Assembly (NCBI RefSeq): GCF_902652985.1
Contig: NC_047019.1
Coordinates: 31,868,001 to 31,932,000, forward strand
Reading direction: 5' to 3'
DNA from: Pecten maximus
Lineage: Eukaryota
Length of the DNA: 64,000 nt
Position numbers and translations under genes: made by a program. This document shows, in pieces, positions 13,851 through 25,620 of this stretch. Below the pieces are notes generated by a model, which did no database searches, was not told the DNA's origin, and worked only from the letters and a program-made list of their open reading frames with translations. Each line of letters begins with the position of its first letter. The first letter of the stretch is position 1.

Positions 13851-16800
13851 ATTTAACTCAATTTCCGCTATTGGGCCCAACAACTCTGGCCACAGGAATA
13901 CCATACCCTCCGTTTATATAACATAAGTTCTCCTTTGTCAAATTATCATCTCCAGGTCAAATTTCATCAAAATCCATTCAGCTCCAAGGAAGCCACTTCT
14001 TCCCTTTATACAACATTAGTTCTCCTTTGCCTAATTATTCTTCAGGCCAAATTTCATCAAAATCCATTCAGGCATTCAGGACTAGTAGGGATATACAGGA
14101 TTTACCTCGATTTCCCCTATTGCACCCCATGCCTTCAGCCCCAAGGGGGCCACATCTTCCCTTTATACAACATTAGTTCTCCTTTGCCTAATTATGCTTC
14201 AGACCAAATTTCATCAAAATCCATTCAGGCATTCAGGACTAGTAGGGATTTACAGGATTTACCTCAATTTCTCCTTTGGGCACTACTCCTTCAGCCCCCA
14301 AGGGAGCCACACCTTCTGTTTATAAAACATTAGTTCTCCTTTGTCCAATAATGCTTCAAACTGAATTTCATCAAAATCCATCCAGGCATTTAGGACAAGT
14401 AGGAAATGTTGAAATTCTGATATCTCAATCACTTAACTATATATTAATGTTCATTCATTTAACATGTACTAGTATAGCCGATAATTAATTGCAGCCATGT
14501 TTGCAGTGACATGATACACTGAAACACCAAAATTGGACAATTTAGTTCTTTCAATGATGTTTTCCAACAGTAAAGTTCAACGTGAATAGAAATTGATATT
14601 TACATTTCAAACTTTCAGAAGCCTGTAATATCAAAAACCAGATTTCAACATTGTGTTTATCATGTTGTACCAAACAGGTATACCAATTTCCATGAAAATC
14701 AGACGTGTAAATTTTGACAAATCTGAAGTAGGACCACTGGACGGCCATTTAGTGGACAATGGCCTTTTTTGTGCTTCATCTTATAAATTAGAGTGTGTCT
14801 AATACTTATCTCTGCAAAGAAGAAAAAGAATAATCCGGTTAAAAACAATAACTCCCCAAACTTTGTCTTGTTGATCACCAGACAAAAATAAAATACTGAA
14901 TACTCAAAGGACAATAACTTTTGCAAAATGTTTTGAATTAAAATGTCGCTTGTTGAAACATAAAAACATATCATGATCATACATAAAACCCACGAAGTTT
15001 CAAAGTGACTCGTTAAAAACTGTAGGAGATCTCCAGACATAGATACAACTCCATACCAAATCATTTCTATCCAATTCTGATGAGTGAGAGTGCATGCAAT
15101 GTTCAACTTTAACAAAATTTTAAATATAAGATCACAATTTAACGTGGAAATCTTAACCTTCATTTACAGAATACTACCAATAATCCATGGTGCAGTAACT
15201 GGAAATTAGGAATGTTATTGATATAACTGGACATATTTGATAGAAAACAATTTCAAAATGCTATTCTTTTTTTTCTCAAAGTACCATGATTAGTTTAAGC
15301 ATTACTAGTCCCAAAGGAGAACTACTGTCATAGTAGCCTTTGTTACAGACACATTTGTTTTGTGTGTTGATAAGGCAGTATATATATATGTATTGGCTGT
15401 ACTATTACAAGGTACAAATATATATAACATATGCTATGTCGATAGTGACCAAATTCTGGTAGGCCTGACAATCTGTACTCTCCATAAATCAATATGTCCA
15501 TTCATCTCACTGGTATACCATCCCGATACATTAGTCACAGCCTTGTTTGTAGTGTCCTAATACACTAACAAGATTTCACCATAATATTAATTGTGTTTAT
15601 CATGTTATATCAAATTAATTATACTAATGTCAATGAAAATCAGGTATAAATATAGGTATAGTCTGCTGTCTTACCCATTTGTATAAAATGTGTTAAAATA
15701 TAAGAAGAAGAATCGGGATAAAAAATAACTCCTCAAAACTTTTTTTCACACATCTCCAAGACAAAAATCAAATACTAGTTGTTATGAAATTATCATTAAT
15801 CAAAGGGTAATAACTTTTGCAAAATGTTTTAAATCAAAATGTCGTTTATTGAAACATCAATACATATCATGATCTTAAAGCCCACATTTCAAAGTGATTA
15901 TTTAAAAAAAAATGTAGGAGATTTCCAGACAAAGAGACAATGCAGTGTTTTTGTTCGGACTTCCAATTATTGTTCAGCCTCCCATGGTTTCTGGATTGGG
16001 AAAGTAAAAGATCAACAAGTTCCTTTAAATTAGTCAACGAAAGCTCCTTGTTCAAGTGGCAAATCCTGGTTAGAACGAATATTCATACCCTGCCTACACT
16101 GCTCTCCAACAGGGTATAAAATCCCTCCCACTGCTGATAGCAAAGTGTAGCAAGCCCCACACCGGATGAGTTTATGTCCAAAAAAATAATATTCCTAGAT
16201 ACATACACGGTAATTAAAGGTCCATACCAGCCTAGGTTGAAAATCTTTACTCGCATGAGTAGAAGGATAACAAGTTTTCCATTAAAATTTCCAAAAACCT
16301 TACCAAAAATAGGCAAATTCTTTAATTCAAATCCTTTGTGTCCCCATGTTATGATTAATTGTAATAAGTTACAGCCTCATATGTATAAAATGTACTTGGC
16401 AAATTACATATATACACTTCAAAATGTAGATGATTTAATATATAGAAACTTTGTATATTTGCATTACTGTCACTATGCTTTGTATCAAAAGGAAAATTTT
16501 GAGTAGAATATACATAGGAATTTATGACTTTCATAATTACTGTTGATATATTTGATCAAATGTTGTTAATTTGATAATGGTGTTTTGTAACCTTGATGAA
16601 CTTACATGTACACACATCGTTATCATTCCTACAGTGTAACTCTTTTGTACCCTGGGTAACAAAATTATTCTTCTCAACTGTACGCCATTACAGACATGTG
16701 TTTGCACACTCTGTGAATTAGAACCCGCCTGCTAAACAATTACTATCAACATACTATTGCATCACTAATTCGTACAAGACCTTGAACATGTATTTTTAGT

Positions 16801-19800
16801 CAGTCGTTTTGCGTATAGTATTTGGTAATATTTAAAACATGTTTTTTTTCAATGTCTGCATCATTTTAGCACTTGAAATATTCTATGATGTAACCTGTTT
16901 GAAGTGATAACGTTCATAATTAGGTTAAACAAAATACTTTATGACAAGAAAATCGTGACGCTATCATCTACAAAATGTGAGAGATGCAGGTAAATTTTTT
17001 TTTGATAATCAACTTTATTATTTGGGAACCTTTATTGAAATTTTGGGGAAAACGTAACATTTTTGGCATAGAAGAAATATGTACAAATGTACAGTTGATA
17101 TTTGGCGGTAAAATGGGCCAAACAAAAACACTGCAATGTCATACCATTAATATTTCTCTTAAAGTTTGATTTGTCAGTGTGCATTTATAATGTTCAACTT
17201 AAGCAAACTTGGCGAACTTGAGATCACGAAGTGGAAATCTTAATTAGCATAACCTTCATTTGCGGAATATCACCAATTATATCTGGACTTAGTTTTGTGT
17301 TTAGCTCAGTTTCTCAATGCATGCAGACTTATTTAATGTTAAATGAAATGATCAGTTTAAGCATTAGTCCAAAACGAGACACTGTTCCTTTTTGTGTTAG
17401 TGGAGCTGAACTACAAACTTACTTGCAGAACAGACATCACCACTGTCATAGTAGCCTTCGTTACAAACACATACCCGTATTTGACCTAATAAGGGCGCCT
17501 GACTTAATAAGGGCGCCCTACTTTTTTTCAAGGAAATAAATCTTTGACTGAGTGTCAAAATGGTGTTCAAAAGTAATAATTCATGTGAAATGTTTTACTA
17601 CTTATGTGTTCAGTTTTCTTCAGCAAATTAAGTAACTAGAACACATGTTTTCGCCACATTTTGTGTATTCCTACAGGCTACAGATGACATGTCAGTGCAA
17701 AGAGCACCCAAAACTAACACACATACAAATAATAACTTACCATCTTTATTTGAAGATAGAGTAAAAGACTTCATTCTTGTTGATAAATGACTTTTGTTCA
17801 GAACAGAAAGCTAGTAAAAGACATTGTAAATCAATTATTAGGTAAACGAAAACGATGTCTGATATGATCTGGGAAATCACCTGTTTCTATAAATAGAACA
17901 CAAAAGAATTCCATTTGAACTTAAATGGTGGAACACACGTTCTCTGGTCTAAAGATCAGCTGGCATGGTTTACAAGTTTACAGGAGTATTCAAGTGATGT
18001 TTAAGCTTAATATATGATAATGAATAGATATCTTCATCTGGAATATTTTTTATGACTGAATATTTTACCGTTTCCACAATCTTGGGTATTCTGCTATAAG
18101 GTATAGTCTATTTCATAAAACTTCAGAATAACTAATCTTAATAAGGGCGCCCCACTGTCAATTACCCGCGCCCTGCGCCCTTATTAGGTCAAATACGGTA
18201 TGTTTCCAGTACAGGTTGACATGGCAGTACATGCATCTGCTATACCACTACAGCCTGTATCCCCAGCCCGGATTTTTAGTTGTACAGTATATACACATTA
18301 CAACATTATACATGTACATGAATACATCATGAACAAACTCAAAGCACATTGTATAACAAGACATTATATCTCAAGTGAATAACATTGATTCAAAATTGAC
18401 CAATATGCAATGAATGATGGCAAGCAACTATGATAAGCATTTTCTTATCACAAAGCTGCAATAATAAATGTAAGATTTAAAGTAATAAAACTTTTATCGT
18501 ATACCATGTAATTGCAGAAGTTGCTAAAGTGATGATGATGAAAATTTTATTAATAGTAAGGGTGAGTAGTACAGAACTGTGTGAAGTTTTAAGATGTTCA
18601 GATATAAAGTATAAAGTTGGTAGAGTGAGCTAGGGCATCAAACATCTAGATATTTATAACGGCAGACTATAGCTAGTTTATAAATACCTCAATTTTGAAC
18701 CCAGGATATTGAAACCTAAATCTAACTAATAAATGCATGAAAGTTGGTGAGCAAGTCTATGGAACTCAAGGAGTATAAAAAACTATATCTTGTACTAGCG
18801 ATGATATCTTAATTAAGTTTATGATCAAGACAATCACAGGTTATTCAAGTCTATTGAGCATGATATCAATTTGACCCATGCAGGTGGTTGAAATGTAATT
18901 TCGTACAAGAGATATATAGTTGTGAGTAATTTTAATAAGTGTATGAATTTTCGGGGAAAATGGAACATTAATGAAGTTGGTAAAGCATAAGGGTGAAAAT
19001 CTATTTTTAGTAACAATGGCATCATTTTAGAACCCATGTCGTTGAAACATGCGCTTGTACAAGAGATGCTGGTTTCAGCAAGTGTATGAAATTTCAAGAC
19101 TGGATCATTAAAGAAGGTAGAGTGCTAGCGTACAGTTTCCATAACAATCTGTGTAATTTACACACTTTTACATTTACATTTAATTTATGCACCATAAAAA
19201 TCACCTTGAAACAGCTAAAAAAACCGACTATAGATCGATCTACCAGTGTAATTTACACACAAAAAAAGAGAAAGAAATGAACACTCTATGATACTGGAAG
19301 ATCTTTGTACCAATGTAATCACTGCACCCCAACTTCAACAGCAATTTTAACCCCAAAAATGTGTGTAAATTACAGGGTTTTTTAAAAAGTATATAAAGTC
19401 CCTAAAATATCCCTTATGTACTTTGCACGATACAGGCACTTTCCCAGAACTCAGTAGAAAAGATTTACACTCACTGGCATCTCTAATGAGTTTCTCGTTA
19501 CTTAACAATTCTCTTTTAATTACAAAACAGATACAACAGGAACAACAACTCCTTGTTTATGATGTCAATCATCTTTAATGACTTATATATTTACAGGTGT
19601 TACAATTCATATCTACTCTAATCAGTTGCCTTCCGTTAGATGAGATCTTGTTTGTTGATTACCAAACATATAAATGCCAGTAAATTCACTTTAGGATCTC
19701 TAACTGTGAATATGAAACTAATCTTAGTTACAGGGATGCTAAAGTCTCAAGCATTAACCACTGAACCCTCATTATCACCTAAACTCTTTCAAACAAGAGG

Positions 19801-20324
19801 TCCAAGAGGAATCTCAATGCCCACCATATATTGTAGAACAGTCCATATTTGGTCTATCTATATAAGATATGTAAGGCTATCCTCTTCACTGTTTGATCTT
19901 TTTAATCATTTAAAAACAAAGGAAACCTAGGACTACACAGTCAAAATTCAAAAAGTGGCCATTTTGTCTTCTGATCAATCTCAAAATTCAATATGTACAT
20001 ACAATGAGTTCAAGTCTTGTTTAATAGAATGCCAAGTGTAGGATATTGCCCAAAAAAATGCAAATGCCGAACAGTTCAAACAAACATCAAGAGAAATCAT
20101 GTGTTCTACATATACCCTGATAAAAGTAAATTCAAATGCAAAAAAAATCAGTAATCTCTGCACTTACTTTCCAGACAGGTTGATCCACTTTGGTAATGAG
20201 TTGCTGTATTACAGGCACACAATCCACCACTACAGATCTCCCCTGTAGTACAGTAACTAGTACCATCATTGGTACAGGCTGTACCAACATCTGCTTTACA
20301 TCCTCCATTGTATAACAAGACCAT
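1..20324 (-). CDS. Secreted Cys-rich tandem EB-module/EGF-like repeat protein (multi-exon; 3' end runs off the window, extreme 5' exon not located)
   Basis: Exons in transcription order, all bounded by AG acceptors and GTAAG donors: 20324-20168 (MVLLYNGGCKA/DVGTACTNDGTSYCTTGEICSGGLCACNTATHYQSGSTCLE). Then alternating type A (144 nt): 13714-13571, 12431-12288, 11155-11012, 9873-9730, 8597-8454, 7431-7288, 6157-6014, 4991-4848, 3716-3573, 2551-2408, 1276-1133, 109-1 (partial). Type B (123 nt): 12902-12780, 11620-11498, 10344-10222, 9062-8940, 7905-7783, 6622-6500, 5465-5343, 4181-4059, 3025-2903, 1741-1619, 583-461. A = (R)LNPGVTCP[S/I]SPTNACKDNSVCTNNVCTCN[V/S]GYYDSDGPSxxNGICTA. B = (K)ILPGESCNNV[V/A]NECTDLS[T/S]C[S/T]GxxCTC[N/I]TGYYDSGSTCQ[S/L]. 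All are phase 1-1 and stop-free, giving >1050 aa within the window. The Cys spacing C-x6/7-C-x5-C-x4-C-x-C-x10/16-C resembles the EB module. Confidence 0.9.
13851..14410. repeat. Degenerate repeat with an AAATTTCATCAAAATCCATTC core (possible non-autonomous Helentron/HINE-like element)
   Basis: Four copies of caaatttcatcaaaatccattca(ggcattcaggactagtaggg) and of tatacaacattagttctcctttg at about 13915-14400. The family assignment is inference. Confidence 0.5.
14845..15040. repeat. Interspersed repeat copy 1 (paralog at about 15720-15930)
   Basis: Shared aataactcc...caaagg..aataacttttgcaaaatgtttt.aat.aaaatgtcg.tt.ttgaaacat.aa.acatatcatgatc...tttcaaagtga...tgtaggagat.tccagaca. Confidence 0.7.
15321..15360 (-). 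pseudogene. Decayed remnant of an EB-module exon (pseudo-exon)
   Basis: Minus-strand translation NKCVCNKGYYDSS matches the module core. The splice donor is deleted. The flank 15090-15320 is homologous to the flank 17178-17385 of the interrupted exon. Confidence 0.65.
15720..15930. repeat. Interspersed repeat copy 2 (paralog of 14845-15040)
   Basis: Direct similarity to 14845-15040. Confidence 0.7.
17423..18275 (-). pseudogene. Dead type-B EB-module exon interrupted by a MITE and lacking its splice acceptor
   Basis: Removing 17474-18198 and one TA restores a 126-nt phase 1-1 exon, (K)IRAGDTGCSGIADACTAMSTCTGNICVCNEGYYDSGDVCSA. The donor GTAAGT is intact at 17422-17417. The acceptor reads caactAA instead of AG at 18277-18276. 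Confidence 0.9.
17474..18198. mobile_element. Non-autonomous Tc1/mariner-superfamily (Tc2-like) MITE, ~725 bp
   Basis: Perfect 24-bp TIR CCGTATTTGACCTAATAAGGGCGC (17475-17498 / 18175-18198), TA on both sides (17472-17473, 18199-18200), and subterminal TAATAAGGGCGCC repeats. CCGTA termini are typical of Tc2-type elements. Confidence 0.9.
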
Positions 20325-20915
20325 CTGTAGACAAAAAATGCAATTACACCTTTAAAATAAAAAATAAATATAACAAAAAGCAAATTTAACCAGTGTTTAT
20401 AATCGTTTTCATAGCAAGACGTTACATGTCGTAAATACACTAACTAGTTAAATTCATAGGAATATATGATTGCTTGTTTAGATTTAGTTTGCCAATACAC
20501 AATGGCAGCTTAACTGAGGTCTTGAATATTTGCATATCTGAAAATAAATATGTATATGTATAAGTATAGAAATGACCTCTCTGAGCTCTAATTTATAAGC
20601 ACTAAAACATTGATTCTATAAACACTATTTTTACCACATTCCGAGATGATATGCAATTGGTGACATTTTTACCCTTCCCTCCAGTTTTTTAACATTAGCC
20701 AACCTATACATGTGTATGTGATATATGTGATCAAAGACTTACGTTCATATACAAAAAAAGTAAAAGTAACAATATATTGATGTTGTTATTTCTGAATCAC
20801 AACAACGATATTCAATACCAAATATAGTAAAAAAATCCGTGTAGTTGCTTTCTGATAATGTTTGACACATGTATACAATCTATCGAGTATTTAATTGCTT
20901 TTTATATATGAACTA

Positions 20916-21732
20916 CGAGGATTGATACATTGTAGATAAATTGTGAGCCTCATATTGAAATATTTGAATTTTGCCGGACATATTCTATTATTTTTCAACA
21001 TACACCATTCAGTATCTTTACACGCCAGCAGTGTTTTAGGGCCTCAATACCACTTTTATAGAGCTCCTTTTCTGGGCTTTTTAAAAATGCATCCACTGTA
21101 TGTATGACGTCATCATCGGACTGAAAGTGGGTAAGAAATAGCTGTTTAAGGCGAATGTTTAATCGATTTAAAACCACAATCGTAACTGACAACCATAACA
21201 ATGACAGGCTTGTGGACAGGAGCATTGACCTGATGAAATAACACACCTTCAGTGAGCTTTCCGCGGCGCTTAAGTTTAATATTTCTCCGTAACTGCCTCA
21301 GAAATGAAGCATAGTATATGACATTGATTGTTCGTCCATTTTCGAGATATTCTATCAGCAGAATACCATCTGTCTCAGAAAACCGAGGCCATAACCTTCC
21401 CAGCTGATGGAACAATACGTGTCTTCTTTAGCAGGGGAGAGCCAAGGTGCTTCAAGTCTTTCAAATTTTGCTTGGCCCCTGAGGTAATATGATGAACCCA
21501 TGTTTCATCCATATGTCCAAATATTGGATCACTGTTTTTCATCAATTTTGTCTATTTTGCAAAAGCCGGTTGTTTTGTTTATGTTTCGGTGCAACCTCGT
21601 CGATATGAACTAACCAAATGAGACCAGCCCTTGGGTACACGGCCCTATATAGTCAGAGAATAGTAGGACTTAAAAGAACATCCCTGTGTACTTCCTTCAA
21701 TACGAGGCTCATAACATATCAGTCATCTCTCG
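20916..21732 (-). mobile_element. Degenerate, internally deleted mariner (DD34D) transposon
   Basis: Frameshifted transposase fragments DETWVHH (~21490-21510), GILLIEYLENGRTIN..YYASFLRQLR..KRRGKL..GVLFHQVNAPVH (catalytic D changed to V) and HFQSDDDVI...YKSGIEALKHCW. Degenerate TIRs TA|CGAG...TGAGCCTC.TATTGAA at both ends. Confidence 0.85.
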
Positions 21733-22379
21733 TACGATACAAAATTTGAATCTTTATCCTTCGAATCGACGACATAAAGTGCATACATCGTGTTGATAAT
21801 TAGATATAACACATAGTTCACAAATGACAAAGGAAGACAATTTTATGACTCGTGTCCTCAAACCTACGATCTACGACTTCTCATCTAGCCAGAAATATCC
21901 GCAGTGCTTATGACTGCGACGCAACCACGTTCCTTCAACGCTTACAATGAAAGTTTAGGCGACGAGACAGAGATGGTCGGCTTGTTACCCCGACATGAAC
22001 ATAGTGACAAATCGTCTATTGTAGATGATATCAATACATGGATTACATAGATGCGAATGGTACACATATATATTCAACGCCGTACAATTTCGATAGAAAA
22101 TTTAAATCTTTATCCTCCCTATCAACATAATATACTATAAAAACAAGATATATAACATAGTAACACAAACATGGTTCCAAATGGTCACTTTTACGTGTGC
22201 ATGCGTTCATCGATCGTTGCATTAAATGAGCCATTTGAGAATTGATTATAAAAGACGGATAAAACACCATTGAAATGAAATACATGTGCTTATGATAAAT
22301 AGATATTAACGAAAACATCTGCATCACTTACATATTATCACTTTACTCATTATCGTTTACATTTTGCTAACGTGTGGCT

Positions 22380-22809
22380 CACCATTTACACACCATCACA
22401 TATAGTCCATCATTTACACATCATTAACACATTCTTCATCATTCACATATTATCACATATAGTTCATCATTTATATATTATCACTTTCATTTCATCATTT
22501 AGACATTATCACATACAGTTCATCATTTAGACATTATCACATACAGTTCATCATTTACACATTATCACATACAGTTCATCATTTGTACATTATCACTTAC
22601 AGTTCATCATTTACACATTATCACATACAGTTCATCATTTACACATCATTAACACATTCTTCATCATTTACACATTATCACATATAGTTCATCATTTATA
22701 TATTATCACTTTCAGTTCATCATTTAGACATTATCACATACAGTTCATCATTTACACATCATCACATTCAGTTCATCATTTACACATCATCACATTCAGT
22801 TCATCATTT
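22380..22809. repeat. 28-bp minisatellite abutting the assembly gap
   Basis: Unit tcatcattta(g/c)acattatcacatacagt, about 15 copies. Confidence 0.9.
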
Positions 22810-22909
22810 NNNNNNNNNNNNNNNNNNNNNNNNNNNNNNNNNNNNNNNNNNNNNNNNNNNNNNNNNNNNNNNNNNNNNNNNNNNNNNNNNNNNNNNNNNN
22901 NNNNNNNNN
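22810..22909. other. Scaffold gap (100 N)
   Basis: Run of exactly 100 N, typical of a placeholder for a gap of unknown size. Confidence 1.
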
Positions 22910-23727
22910 TAGAATAGGTATTCACTTTAAAAACTTTATATTTTTCCTTAATAATTGACAGGTTTTTAACTTTTCGAATCTGATAGAATGTGTATCTAAA
23001 GCGAACCCTATATGCTGCTAATTTGTCGACAACAGATGCCAGTGCCGTTTCATGTTATACGTTACATGTATTAGTATCACTCTATTCACGTTAAAATCGC
23101 GCATTCTTATTCATGTTGTGTTTCTGTCTTGTTCTCATTGTATGTGTTAACCTTGTAAGAGTTAATTCCCTTGTATCATGTACCATACATAATGAAACAA
23201 TTTTTGGGTAGTTGCATTTAGAAGAAGAGAAAAAAAGAATAAAGCTGTCAAATTCTTAATGTTTATATGTTAATACTTTTTATTTTCATATTTCATCTTA
23301 CTACGCAAAGTATTACGCTGGACTTAGGGACCCTCACTTGGCATGGTCGAGACTAAATCTGGACATAGATACTAATTAACATGAGGTAAAGACCGTTTAA
23401 GAACTTAGAATTAACCTGCCTATCAATTAACTATGTCTATATTATATGACCGAGGAAATTACATTTATTAATTGTTTGATGACGGTACACGGACTTACAA
23501 AATTGAATAACGAAAGGACGATGATGATGTATTCAGAATATTTTATAATTGGTTGATTGCAGAGAATTCAAATTTAAACGCGTGTATCACAACATAATAT
23601 AGACGAGACAGTAAATTATCTTGCTGATATTTTTATCAAAACGACGAGGAATATGCCAGGGACTACCGAAGCTTGTAACAGTAAGAAAGTATCTACATCA
23701 GTAGTAACACAACCTTGGTTGAAGTCA

Positions 23728-23859
23728 TACAAAAGCTTATATGTATCATCTTGACTTTTTCGTGTCTCGTTATAACAAGATAGATATATCATTATAAAGC
23801 TATCTTGTTATAACGAGATAAGAAAAAGAAGTTCAAGTTGACACGTATAGGTTTCCGTA
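23728..23859. mobile_element. Small palindromic MITE-like element
   Basis: tctcgttataacaagatag pairs perfectly with ctatcttgttataacgaga. The outer arms tacaaaagcttatatgtatcatcttga / tcaagttgacacgtataggtttccgta pair imperfectly. Confidence 0.6.
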
Positions 23860-24560
23860 AACTCATGTGCTGGAATTTCAAGACGCAAAGAAATATTTCA
23901 AGAATAGAAGAAAATAAATAAATAAATACTGTAAATAAAAATGAAAAATGAAATCACATGAATGAATAGAAAAATAAAGTTTAATGGAAAAATGATTACT
24001 GCTTCCAGAAAATATATGTTAACAGCTAACGTGAGACAATTAATATTGTCATATCAAAACCGGACACATCTGTGTTATGAATCTGTTAAGAAAATAAAAT
24101 ACGTTTTTGATTGCAAATTTGAATTATATTTTCTTTATCATTAACAGATTTATATATTGTATATATAAATTATATCTGTATGTACATGTAACTCCATAAC
24201 CATGTATAATTGCATTTACAATTTATTTATACCAATTATTGACAGTATTTTCTAAAGAGTACCAAACTCAATCCTTTATCTAACTTAGGATTATAAACCT
24301 AAGATTAGAAAAGGCTTCATATCCGTAGTAAAGTCCATTATTCGAAGTGCATCAGGAAAATATCTGTTTAGTTAAATAAAATATGTATACACGCTCTATA
24401 TAAATATGTATACATACTTTTTATTGATACTTATACTTACTATATACTTGATACGACATGTGATAATTGTTTTCCACAATGATACGTAGAACATGTTGTC
24501 ATATACAATGTAAGTCTACGTAGTTCACCGTAACAGATTGAGGACAACCCATATTTAATA

Positions 24561-24727
24561 TGAGTCACCTAAATATATATATATACACATTACAGCATAC
24601 CGCTCCCTTAACTATATTCAAAGGAAATCCCTGAATTTCCGGGGAAATACCAGGAGTTCAAGTATAGTTGGCACGTGTATATCGGTGTGTATTTCAAGGA
24701 ACTTCCCCTGGAGAGCGAACTGTAAGT
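24561..24727 (+). promoter_or_regulatory. Putative immune-inducible promoter and non-coding first exon of the CARD-CARD-TPR gene
   Basis: AP-1 TGAGTCA 24561-24567. TA-rich stretch 24574-24585. TTC-N4-GAA at 24617-24626 and 24637-24646, TTC-N3-GAA (GAS) at 24693-24701. kB-like GGAAATCCC 24623-24631, GGGAAATACC 24642-24651 and GGAACTTCCCC 24698-24708 (GGGAAGTTCC on the minus strand). E-box CACGTG 24672-24677. Donor GTAAGT 24722-24727. Confidence 0.55.
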
Positions 24728-25459
24728 TGGTTTTGTTAATGCATGTTATATGATAACAGAAAATCTCTCGTTGTAACATTTTACATGTGGATACATACGG
24801 TGATACACGATGATACGTTATTGCTTACGGAATAACAGTTTACTTATATATCTATCGTATGGTGACTGATACGTACTTCACCAATGTAGTATGTTTGATA
24901 TAAACTGGTATGAACATATTAGACGATAGGTTCGATCTACGTAATAATTACAATGTATAGATGTCTACATTTATATGATGTTTACAAAATGGAATCTTAA
25001 TACATGTATGCTTGATGTATTATGTAGATCAACGAAAGCCTTAGGGTGTGCCGCCGTGTCCTGCTTTACTGACAATCATCACTTTATTATATACAGTAGA
25101 TGGTTTGATTTCTGGAAGGAATAATCATTTTCACACTACCTTTTCCGTATAGCTACAGTTTAACTCATAGAATCCATATTAATTCACTACAGACATGTAA
25201 ACCACTGACATCTACATGGCTCAGTGAACTTGTACTGGTGTAAATAGTGTGTACGAGGTCATTCACCGATCGCGTGTTTCCCCCGGACTTTCACACCACA
25301 CACTGTACAAGTGTCACTTAATGTTGTCGACGTTATTATACATATATATGTTTTTAGTTAACTCCATATGGACAGCTGAGTACAGTCCAGTAAGAGTAAA
25401 GAGGCTTATAATGTTTGGCAATATTTCACTAATTATAAAAAGGACCAATTAATTTTGAA

Positions 25460-25620
25460 CTGTACTGGTATTTCACTAACTATTAGTACCAATATTTCAC
25501 TAACTGTTAATACCGGTATTTCACTAATTATTAGTACAGACATTTCACAAATTATCAATACTGATATTTAAGTAACTATTAGTACAAATATTTCACTCAA
25601 TATCCATACCAGTATTTCAT
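25460..25620. repeat. Degenerate 24-bp minisatellite (same family as 26415-27730)
   Basis: tatttcactaactattagtacc(aa/gg) units. Confidence 0.75.

Noticed and set aside
19600-19790. tRNA gene or tRNA-derived SINE
   Set aside because: Only a box-A-like GGTTCAGTGGTTAA on the minus strand; no cloverleaf or clear box B.
21787-21894. Candidate first (signal-peptide) exon of the EB-repeat gene
   Set aside because: A GTATGC donor exists, but the required phase-0 frame has an upstream TAG and no ATG.
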